64,000 nt of DNA from contig OZ024746.1 in NCBI GenBank assembly GCA_964016885.1, positions 28,644,001 to 28,708,000 of the forward strand. The letters are read 5' to 3'. This DNA comes from Eledone cirrhosa (lineage: Eukaryota). The notes beneath the pieces are model-generated. The model worked only from the letters and a program-made list of their open reading frames with translations, made no database searches and had not been told where the DNA came from. The position numbers and the translations under genes were made by a program. Below, piece after piece: positions 51,804-64,000 of this stretch. The stretch's first letter is position 1; each line of letters begins with the position of its first letter.

Positions 51804-52508
51804 GGAGGTCGATAAATATAATATATTTGTCCCTATAGGACATTATCAATTCCTAATTAATAAGGACCTATGAGGGCAATGTATCAACTGTCAACGGACC
51901 TTCTTTTGAAATTAATAGGCCAGTGTCTGAGAATTTCAGCCTCACAGTTTTTGTGTGACAAGTCTTGTCCTATGACTCATAGGTACATTCCAACTTGCAC
52001 TATTGTGTAACTGTGTGAGCATTCTACAGACACGTGTATACTTACCATAATTCTACGGGAGCTACAACGTGATAAGATATGAGAAAACATTGGCCTGATG
52101 AATTTTATTTGTAGACTACTCGGTGGGGGTCCAAACTGTCACCGTCTGCTTAGTTTCACTCGCAAGACTCCGTTTGACCTGAAGATAGGTTAAATAACCC
52201 TTTTTCAAGAATGAATGTAGGGGGTTAGAACCCGGGACTTTATGCTTGCGAAACTAACTTCTTTACCGTTCATCCAGGCTGTATGCATACGACAAAACTA
52301 ATATATATAAAATTCACGCAATTTCAAGGAACTGCGCTATTAAATGTTGTTTATTAAACAGAAAGCACCGAAAGTGTGTATGCCATGACGAAAGTTATTC
52401 AAACACATACACATCAAATACACACACATACACATGCATGTATATATATATATATATATTTGTATATATATATATATATATATGCGTGTATATATATATA
52501 TATGTATG

Positions 52509-52596
<88 letters not shown>

Positions 52597-52605
52597 TATA
52601 TACAT

Positions 52606-52662
<57 letters not shown>

Positions 52663-52675
52663 TATATATATATGC

Positions 52676-52739
<64 letters not shown>

Positions 52740-52902
52740 TTGTGTATGTATGTATGTTTATATATAATATATATAGAAACACACATCAAATTTTATATTT
52801 CAATAGCACAGCTATACCGTTTTTCAAATAGAATATTTTATGAGGCCGAGAGCGGAAATTTGACCTACAGAAATCGATAAATCAAAAGAGAGGCTCTAAC
52901 AA

Positions 52903-52937
<35 letters not shown>

Positions 52938-53342
52938 ATAGATAAATAGATAAATTAGAATAAAATAAAATAAGAAAAAAAATGAAAAAGAATACACATA
53001 AAAATCAAAATACAAACTGAACAGTCGATAAATTCGCATTGAAAAAGAAAAAGTTGTTCGTTTGATTTCTGATCCATATATTAGTTTACGCTTGTACAGC
53101 TGCTTTTGCTTGTAAGAATCTTTGTATTTCATATGACAAACCAATAATTTGAATGCGCTAGAATTCATAACGGTTAACGGAGCACTCAGATGGAAAGTGC
53201 AACCAGTATTTAGATTTTATATATATTTCATGTATATTTTCTTATTTCTTTGTTTCATATGATTCTTTTTCTCTTTCATTCACTTTCAGTTTTATGTTTG
53301 TTTCACGACGACGTTTGAAGCGGACCCCTGTCATAGATATTA

Positions 53343-53425
<83 letters not shown>

Positions 53426-53500
53426 TGTGCATATATTTATGCATATATATATTTATATATATATGTATATATACATATATACATATATATATACATATTT

Positions 53501-53543
<43 letters not shown>

Positions 53544-53545
53544 AT

Positions 53546-53626
<81 letters not shown>

Positions 53627-55013
53627 TCACACACATATTCACATATATATACATACATATACATACATACATATTTATACATACATATTTATACATATAT
53701 ATACATACATATTTACACACATATATATTCCTATATACAATTTATATCTGTATAAATGCAGAGTGTGTAGCCGTGACTGCATGAATATAAATAATATAGA
53801 CATAGTAATACTTAGGCTCCAAATACATGTTTCCTTGTGGTTGATTGGATAATATACACGTCTTCTGATGCGTGTTCAATTAGATCCGAATATTGATTAA
53901 TGATTATTATTTTTTTTTCAATTTACAGGGCAATTTGTATTTTCTGGCATGTTTACAGGCTTACATATTAGGTATGTGTACATTGGTGCGTGGATTTAAA
54001 CAGATATAACGTTAGCATACACGTCGTCTAAATATATATATATATGAAAACAGGGAGAAAGGTACGATTATTAGGAAGAAAAATATATTTGTTTATCTTT
54101 TTATTTATTTCTCTATTTTTTCTATATATATCATCTGTGTTTCTCTCTCTGTCTTTATCTCTTCCACTTTCTCTTTTACTTCTTATTCCTTGCTAATCAA
54201 TATCTCAATATGTTGGGGTGCGTCGACATCTCTCCTTTTCTGTTGCAGTATATGGATTAGTAGCATACTTTCTCTTATTTGTAAATAGCCGAAAGATTAT
54301 CATCTCATATTTTGTCCATTTGTTAGAGTCCAAGGTTCACTAGAGCCAGTTGTATCCACTTTAAAGATTTGAAAAAACGTATCCTAGCGATCGACTAATG
54401 AGATGGGAGTGTCTGTGTTTCGTTCGTTTTCCTAAACTCTGAACAACCTATACAAGAAACCCAACGGATTTGGGCTTCAGCTGTGTTTCCCTCTATCACC
54501 ATTCTCTCACTAGAATTAGGTTGACCCATGGCTATTGTAAAACATATTTTCAAAGGCACAGGACAGTAGGATCGAACCCAGAATGTAGCAATACAGTATA
54601 GATTGTTCATACATGTATGAAATAATATGAACCTAGAGATCTCTTTCTATGTAGTGTTGCAATTAAAATGACGTATTTGTCGGTTAATTTCCTCTAAATT
54701 GTAAACATTTTGATTGAAAGTTTTTCTTTGATCTAAGTGCTTTCCGAATCACCCGACACACACGAACACAGATACATAAACACGCATACATACACACACG
54801 CATACACGCATACACGCATACACATATATATATGAATTAATCTCTCTCCCTTTCACTCTCTCTCTCACTCTCTCTCACTCTCTCTGCCTCTCTCTCTATA
54901 TATATATAATTATATAGCTCTGTCCTATACATAGAGCACTCTTCTTTCCTTTACTTTTTTTACGGAAATACTTAACATATATATATATATATACAAACAC
55001 ACACATATATATA

Positions 55014-55099
<86 letters not shown>

Positions 55100-55359
55100 G
55101 GTGTGTGTGCGTGTGTGTGTCTGTGTGTGTATGTCTAATTCTATTAACAGTTACAGTTCAAAAAGCCTCTATAATGGCATAATACACAAACGTAACTCTT
55201 CGTATATTTAATTGGTCTGAGTAGCTAAATGTAAATATGTAAATAGAAATCTTAATACAAATAAAATTGATGGATTTATAGAAACTAATGACTCGATTTG
55301 AGAATATTATGTGACTTTTCTTGGTATATATATGTTCAGGTATGTAGATGAGAAATTAA

Positions 55360-56569
55360 TGTATGTAGGTATGTATTTATGTTATCTCTTTCTCTTAATT
55401 TCGAGTATACTTTTTTGACCGGCCACCTTCCTGGTGGCAAGGTTGTAAAAGAAAAGAAATTGTCATCCCTTGAATCGCAAGAATATTTTGCAAATTTTGA
55501 AGGTGCCAGCTATCGCAGCCATTTGTAGACTATGAATTAGGGAGCTGCGTTCTTTGTCCGCAAATCCAAGTTCAGTCATACTTTGTCTAAACGGGTTGGT
55601 ATATAACCCGTAGCTCCAATAATGATAGGTATGAAGCTAAAGGTGTATCTTGGATACTGGATTTGCAAACTCCTCATCAATGGTCCGTAGATGTCCTCCT
55701 TCTCCTGTATTTTTCTGACAACGTTTACATCAAGTGGGCAGCTGATCTCCACAACAGAACACGTTTTCAATGTGTGGTCCCAAACTACAATATCAGGCCG
55801 ATTGTGCTTTAATTTGGTGGCATTTTTTTTTTCAGGTTCCACCAGTATTCCTTAGTGCCATCTGTCTCAATATATTCTTCCTCGTTTGTTGTTAATTTTG
55901 TTTTCCGAAGTGCGTTCAAGATGGTTCTAGCTATCCCATCGTGTCTCATGGGGAGGTAGTAGCGAGATGACATTCTTTCGCAGCTGGCAACAATGTGGCT
56001 TACATCCTCGATCTTTGTTTTACATAGCCTACATTTATTGTCAGCTGATGGCCCTCACCATTTATGCAGCAGATATTTGGTAGGGAGTTCTTGTTCCTGT
56101 ATTGCATAGAGATATCCTCAAGGTGTGATGTCATAAACTTGTCGGAACTCCATGCCAGGCTTTTTGACTGGTTTATCCCCTCTATGGTCTGTGTTTTACG
56201 TCTCAAGTATCCATGCACAACTTTTTCTGTAAATTGGTCAATTTTTTCATCTTGTTTGAACATTGAATAGGATCTTCCGATTTCTCTGGGTGAGAGATTT
56301 ATATCAGGCTTTATTCCATATCTCTCTTCCAGATTAGTGGCTATTCTAATGATTCTTTTTTTTCATGCTTATAAACCTGGGCAAGATGGTTGCCAACCTT
56401 TTTCCTCTGTTGAAGGTGTTGCTTCAGTGTTACTATCCGGGTCTCATATGATGTTAATATGGATTTTAGACCCCGGCCACCTTCCTTACGTGTGAAGTGT
56501 AGCCTATCCACATCACCATTGATGTTAAAGTTCCCAGTAACACTGAGAAGTTTGCGTGTTCTAACATCG
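55360..56569 (-). mobile_element. 5'-truncated R4/Dong-like RLE non-LTR retrotransposon, decayed
   Basis: [14 protein letters not shown]; VHG; CRLC...EDVSHIVASC...RHD; HNRPDIVVWD...VEISCP...KE..Y...IPIIIGATG; frameshifts. Confidence 0.85.
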
Positions 56570-56683
56570 TATGTATGTATATATATGTATGTATGTATGT
56601 ATGCATGTATGTATGTATGTATATATGTACACACACACACACATATATATATGTATATATACACTAACACACATCTATATATG

Positions 56684-56774
<91 letters not shown>

Positions 56775-56782
56775 GTGGGGGT

Positions 56783-56949
56783 GTATATATGTATGTGTGT
56801 GTGTGTGTATATATATATATACATACATTGAACTATTGTTGACTGGTTGGGCGAATTTTTCATACAGAAATCCGTAACGATATATCGTTACGGATTTCTG
56901 TATGAAAAATTCGCTCAACCAGTCAACAATAGTTCAATGTATGTATATA

Positions 56950-56981
<32 letters not shown>

Positions 56982-56982
56982 C
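56783..56982. repeat. Spacerless palindrome of about 200 bp
   Basis: Centre CGATA|TATCG at 56882/56883; arms include (TG)n/(TA)n; one visible substitution. Confidence 0.9.
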
Positions 56983-57090
56983 ATCAGTTTAACCCCAGGT
57001 AGCATTGGGTAAGGGAGTGACAGGCCTGGTATAGCAGTACCATACATTGCGTGGCACTGTGATTTCGTCAAGTTATTAATGTATATATAT

Positions 57091-57145
<55 letters not shown>

Positions 57146-57147
<2 letters not shown>

Positions 57148-57607
57148 AACCACCCTAAGTATCAAGTTCTCTGGTGCCTTATGGTCCACCTGGTATCTTA
57201 CCACACTTTCTTTGTTATATATATAATTAAAAATGAAAACATAATCGTCACTAATAAACGATTACATTTAAACAACAAATGATCAATAATTATGCAACAA
57301 AATATACAAATGATACGAATATATTGGAAGTTAGACGTTTAACACTTTTTACGAGTAATCCATTTTATATAGTTATATTGGCTAGAGAAAACATGTAGAA
57401 TGTAGTATCACCTGTTCGGTGTCAATGTAATGTGAACATATTAACGGAAAACATCACTTCACTTAATGTAATATAATATCCAGTCAAGGAAACAATCATA
57501 TATTCATTATTTCTTTTAAATTATCTGAAGTGCTTCACCTGCAATTTGTGATAAGTGTATATACAGATAACTCACGTACACACACACATACATATATACA
57601 CACACAT

Positions 57608-57664
<57 letters not shown>

Positions 57665-58122
57665 AACCACCCTAAGTATCAAGTTCTCTGGTGCCTTATG
57701 GTCCACCTGGTATCTTACCACACTTTCTTTGTTATATATATAATTAAAAATGAAAACATAATCGTCACTAATAAACGATTACATTTAAACAACAAATGAT
57801 CAATAATTATGCAACAAAATATACAAATGATACGAACATATTGGAAGTTAGACGTTTAACACTTTTTACGAGTAATCCATTTTATATAGTTATATTGGCT
57901 AGAGAAAACATGTAGAATGTAGTATCACCTGTTCGGTGTCAATGTAATGTGAACATATTAACGGAAAACATCACTTCACTTAATGTAATATAATATCCAG
58001 TCAAGGAAACAATCATATATTCATTATTTCTTTTAAATTATCTGAAGTGCTTCACCTGCAATTTGTGATAAGTGTATATACATATAACTCACGTACACAC
58101 ACACATACAAACATACATACAT

Positions 58123-58172
<50 letters not shown>
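57146..58172. repeat. Tandem duplication with a 517-bp period, bounded by (TA)n
   Basis: GGAACCACCCTAAG starts at 57146 and 57663; units near-identical. Confidence 0.92.
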
Positions 58173-58176
<4 letters not shown>

Positions 58177-58187
58177 TTAATATAGAT

Positions 58188-58240
58188 GAGATTCTACAGG
58201 ACTAGAACTGTTTCATTCTTTAGAAATCATCAGGAATCTC
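58188..58240 (-). ncRNA. Type I hammerhead ribozyme
   Basis: gagattc-CTGATGA-tttctaaagaat-GAAA-cag(ttctagtc)ctg-TA-gaatctc; perfect 7-bp stem I; GUA site. Confidence 0.82.
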
Positions 58241-58302
58241 TGGTATGTATTGAGTACCGTAACTTACTTACTGTGGTTACCTCCGATTCAACCCGGAATA
58301 AC

Positions 58303-58403
<101 letters not shown>

Positions 58404-58405
58404 TA

Positions 58406-59372
58406 TGGGGAGGGTCATATTTGTGTAATATTGCCAGAATTAGTAACAGAACACACTCACTGTTTGGTTGGTTTTCGCTTTTCGCTTCTGTGTCTTTTAT
58501 ATCGGTAATCTAATTTATTCGGTCCTCAATGTTGCCATTGACTGGCCAACGGTCAAAAATAATACAGATACAATATAGACACAAACACATATATATAGTT
58601 TATCAAAGTTCTTTCGTTGCACATCTGCGTCATCGTCAGTGGTGCTATTGTTTCCTCCCGTTGCATTGTATTTTCTACGCCATCTTTATTTAGTCTGTTT
58701 ATATATTTATTTATTTGTTTATTTTATTTTGTCTTCTTTGCGCATGCGTTTGCGTGTGTGTATAGTGTTTTGTTTGATGTGTGTTCGTGATTGGGTGACT
58801 GTGTATTGGTTAATGTATTCTATCTTTACTAATGTGTTTATATGTGTTTGTTGTTATTGTGCTTGTGTATGTATTTATTTATTTATTTATCTATTTATTT
58901 ATACTTTTCTTAGGTCAGTGTTGTTTGTTTGGGTGTTGTTGTTATTCCATTCATTCTTTCTGTTTAGCCTTGGCCTTCTAAGTTCTATTTCACTAGCCTC
59001 TCTGATTTGCCTATCTGCTGGGTTATTTCTATGTTTCGATATTATTCTAATTTCTGTGTTGTCTATGTTACCGTCGTGTTGTTGTCTGGCATGTTCGTAT
59101 AGTACTGAACCGTTTTTTCGTCCTTTTAGTTCCCCCAGTGTTGTTTTATCCTTTCACCTATGCTACGAGCTGTCTCGCCTATGTATGTTGTTGTCATGTT
59201 TCTGCAAGTACCCTCTGTACATCTTATGCTATAGACTACGTTTTTCACAGTGAGTGTGTTCTGATATTAATTCTGGCAATATTACACAAATATGACCCTC
59301 CCCAAGTATAACAATATTTGTTTCGCACACGATTTCATATCAAAAACATCGCAAAACTAATTCATCGCCGTT
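58406..59372 (-). mobile_element. Truncated Neptune-type PLE: GIY-YIG C-terminus, 3' UTR, inverted terminal piece and tail
   Basis: Minus strand 59246 to 58899: KNVVYSIRC...C...TYIGETARSIGERIKQH(frameshift)...SVLYEH...RQIREA...LNRKNEW; 58406-58462 inverted at about 59248-59303; hammerhead-like motif at 58602-58643. Confidence 0.85.
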
Positions 59373-59375
59373 ATA

Positions 59376-59447
<72 letters not shown>

Positions 59448-59526
59448 GTGACGAGAGCAGGCACAACTTCCGAAACATGTAGGATATAAATTGATATTAT
59501 TTCAAATCTGTTTTATTATCATTATT

Positions 59527-59826
59527 CCTGCCGAGGCTAACTTTGCATTTCATCCTTGCGGGGTCGATATAATAAAGTACCAATAATGTACTGCGCTAAT
59601 TGCTGGCCTTGTGCCAAAAGTAGAAACAATTATTATAAATAAAAAGGTGGATTGGCAGTATCGGTAGAGGTTCGGACGCCATGCTTTGCAGCATAGAGTT
59701 GCATCCCTTCATAGTCTGAGTTCAAATCCCGCCGAGGTAACTTTGCCTTACGGGGTCGATATAATAAAGTACCAGTAATGTACTGGGATAATTGCTGGCC
59801 TTATGCCAAAAGTAGAAACTATTATT
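59527..59826 (+). mobile_element. Two tandem Nin/Deu SINE copies
   Basis: Match to 8735-8922. Confidence 0.85.
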
Positions 59827-62098
59827 ATAAATGCAAACCAAAAGTATATTTCTTTATACAATACACTGTTATTCATTATCTCGTAAATACCCCCCCCCCC
59901 CCCACAAACACACACACTTGTCTTTATAGCCAGTGGATTCGCGCCGCTTTCCTTGCATTTCTATATCATTTAACTTGTAGTTATATATGTATATATTACA
60001 CATATTTTATATTATATATTAAATCACATTATATCATATAACTTTATTTTATATGATATTCTCTTTAATATCGTTTGAAGAAATTACATTGCTAAATTCT
60101 TTCTTGTTTAGTTGTCTACTCATAAGAATATAACGACAATTCATGCATATATACAAATATGCATACATACATGCATACGTACAAACATACTTCGCAGCAA
60201 TGCATGCATACATACATACGTACATTCATACATGAATAAATATATATATATATATGTGTATGTGTGTTTTAGTTTAAAAACGAGTAAATCGCATCGCTAA
60301 GACAGGTGTTAAAACAGCCAAAGGATAGAGATCAGCGGGTAGTGATTGGTAGGGAGAACATCCACGGAGTGGGTGACAAGTAGATGAAGTACAGAAAAGA
60401 TTGAGAGAGGGGAAGGATAAGAAAAAGTGTATTGAAACATAGAAGTGAATGGAAGAAGGGGATAAAAAACTCATTTTTAACCTGATCAGCTATCAAACCA
60501 GCAAAGAGGTTTTGCACGATTTAATTGAGAGTACTATGCTGGAACGTGTAACAGAAAAATTAAATCTCACTCTATTATGACGTGTGAACAGATAGAAGGA
60601 CTTCTATGCGTCAGCACACTTTTCCTTGTCCTCTCTCAATCTTTTCTACATTTCTATATTTCATCTGCCTATCAACCACATTGTGGATTATCTCTCTGTT
60701 GACCACTGGCCGCTGGTCTCTGTTCCCTGGGGCATTTTTCTCAACGCTGTCGTTGACAACATTTCGGTGTTTTAACAGCTTTTCAAGCGAAAGGTTTCCT
60801 CATAATTCTATGAAATATTCTCTCGCTTCCTCTTGATCAAAGATAACAATGTTTATTCATATATATATATATAAAAAAACACACGCATACATATACACGC
60901 GTGGGTGCGTATGTGAAGAAGTGTGTGGCTTACTGGCTAGAGACTTGGCTTCAGAATTGTAAGGCTGTGAGTTTGACTCAGGAACGATGATGTTCTAGAG
61001 CAAGACACTCTATTTCACGATGTACCAGTTTACTCAGTTGTAGAAATGAGGTGCAACGTCATTTGTGCCAAATTGTATCGGCCATTGCCTTTCACCTGTA
61101 CAATATCGGTGATGTATTGAGGGAAAACCGGTATGCCTGGGCGACTCCTTGTCATCAACAAACAACCATGCCCGGACTTGTGCCTCGCGAGGAAACTTTT
61201 TACAGGCAAAACACATAGTTATTCCTGAACGAAAGGGAGTATATATATATATATATATGAACATGTGTGTCTGCGCGCGCACGCGTAGTGTGTGTGCGTG
61301 TGCGTGTGTGTGTGTGTGTATGTATGTCTATACAAGTATGCACACATACATACACACATACAACAAACACTATATATATGCACTCAAAAACAAATATAGA
61401 ATATAGTCGGAAACACTAGATCATAGACACATACATGCATTTACATAAGAACATGCTCATGCAAACACACATCTAAAATCGAAATGATTAACCGCCAAAC
61501 CGTGAAAACAGCAAACTGACAAACCTTCCAGTCTTCCAGCCAGCCAACTAACCAACTGACTAACTAACACACGATTTCTGCTCACATATACATCTGTCGG
61601 TCTGTATTTGGCTGAATGCCCCAGAAGGCGATAGATGGCACATTTCCTTGTCTTTCACTGGATTGGCCAGCATTACCATTTACTAATGACCTCACATCTC
61701 TATAAATACTGTTTGTGAATGAATGTAGAAATGGAGGAGCAAGCTTGATTTGGCAGCGAACGGATAGAAGCATCATCCATTCTTCATCTCAGCAATGTCT
61801 GCCAGAAACTTGCCAATAACATACAATAGTAATACTGACGTGTACAGATGTGAAACTCATACTATAAGTATATGTGTAGTAACAAACTCACATGTTTCGT
61901 TCCTGTCACATTCTCTCTCTCTCTCTCTATCTCTATCTATCTATCTATCTATCTCTCAGTCTCTCTCTTTCTCTCTCTCTCTCAGTCTCGCTCAGTCTCT
62001 CTCTTTCTCTCTCTCTCTCAGTCTCGCTCAGTCTCTCTCTTTCTCTCTCTCTCTCTCTACGTGTATATATATATATATGTTTATATATATATATATAG

Positions 62099-62289
62099 TA
62101 ATTGTTTCTACTTTTGGCACAAGGCCAGCAATTGCCCAGTGTATTACTGGTACTTTATTTTATCGACCCCGTAAGGATGAAAGGCAAAGTTAACCACGGC
62201 GGGATTTGAACTCAGAATGGCAAGGGCCGTAACTCTATGCGTCAAAGCATGGCGTCCGACCCTCTACCGATACTGCAATTCACCGCCCT
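62099..62289 (-). mobile_element. Full-length Nin/Deu SINE
   Basis: Reverse complement of 8735-8922. Confidence 0.9.
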
Positions 62290-62476
62290 TATATTATTAC
62301 TATATATATATAGTAATAATAATAAATTTGAAGACTAAAATCCAAAGAGGGCTCGCTAAGGATAAATATATATCAGATATATGAGAAGCGTTGAACAAAT
62401 ATTTTTATAAATATATATATAAACGGAAAAAATGAAACGAAATTTCATTTCTCACTCTTAGTAGGGCTGTTACATA

Positions 62477-62514
<38 letters not shown>

Positions 62515-62518
62515 TGTA

Positions 62519-62825
<307 letters not shown>

Positions 62826-63113
62826 GTATATATAAATGTATGTCTGTATGTATATATATAATTCCAGTTATTTTAAAGAAACGGTCGTAAATCAATTAAA
62901 TGATTTCATTTATATGCCTGTTAATCTTTATTCTTATATACGCATACACCAGTCGTAAAGTCGACCGCACCACCGTCCTCATTCTGCGACGTCCACCAAC
63001 CGACTCCCATTCTCCCGTTCCTAACACCACTCCAAATTGCCCTCTATTGCACGGTCTTCCGGCTCTTCAGTCGTGCACCGACATGAGTACGTATCTACAG
63101 ATGGACATATATG

Positions 63114-63184
<71 letters not shown>

Positions 63185-64000
63185 GTCATTTCAATAATAA
63201 AATAAATATGTATATACTCTACTAACATACTGAATACATTTTTTAACTGTGGTCCCCTTCCTATATATATCGGGAATCCTCAGGGCAGACAGAGTGATGA
63301 TGCAAAAAAGTAGAAGGTTTAATGTTTCAGACATAATTCCTTTTTCAGGAAATGGAGTGTTTGGAGAGAGAGAGGGGGGGGGAGGAGAAAAGGTTGGAAC
63401 ATAGGAATTTGCTAAGAAGTTGTAAGATTACTGAGGATGGTAGGCAACTATAAATATAATTCTGTTAACTAGTTTACAATCAATCAGTCGTTCCTCTATT
63501 CCTCTGGATCAATAAAAAAAAACATTTCTGTTACTGATATGGCGAGGTTCTCAGGAACAATAGCTACTTCAAATTAACTCTAGAAACTTCCATAGCAGAT
63601 GAAAAAAAGTACAAGGATTGCTTTAAATGTATTCCATCAATTATTCTTCGAGTGGAGGAAATTTTCTTTTAGTGTCATCTAATTGATTCACAAGGCGTCA
63701 AATTGATGGAATCGTTAAAACGTCGGAGAGAATGTATACAGTATTGGTTCTAGTCCCCACCCCCCACCCCTCTCTGACTTCTGAATTTAAATAACATGGA
63801 GATTAATGTTGAACTCCATGCTCGAAAGTGTGATAAATAAACTACCAGTTCCGTACTGGGATCGGTTTCTTCTTCTTCTTCTTCTTCTTCTTCTTCTTCT
63901 TCTTCTTCTTCTTCTTCTTCTTCTTCTTCTTCATTACATTTGATATATATAGAATGTACGTTGTAGTTGTGTATATTGGTATTTCATTTATTATCTCCCC

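Noticed and set aside
63315-63352. Minus-strand CTGAAAA...GAAAcatTA motif
   Set aside because: Core substitution and no stem I

Overview
AT-rich eukaryotic DNA saturated with (TA)n, (CA)n, (GA)n and (AAT)n microsatellites. The Nin/Deu-domain and CORE-type tRNA SINEs and the overall repeat landscape suggest a mollusc, most likely an octopod cephalopod (inference). No host exon could be supported, and most of the ORF track is microsatellite noise. Real coding content is all transposable-element derived: an apparently intact 6-kb two-ORF Tx1-clade LINE in an (AAT)n tract; 5'-truncated Penelope-like elements (PLEs; one Naiad-type, one Neptune-type GIY-YIG); and remnants of CRE-like and R4-like RLE LINEs, RTE, CR1, mariner, Tigger and piggyBac-like MITEs. 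The most striking signal is non-coding. Short inserts between (TA)n runs repeatedly carry type I hammerhead ribozymes (8 with complete CUGANGA/GAAA cores read by eye, plus truncated or degenerate ones) and fold-back palindromes. Their truncation and inversion points repeatedly fall at or inside the ribozyme. One 470-nt non-coding direct-repeat unit resembles a retrozyme. All folds were done by eye and none has been computed or tested.
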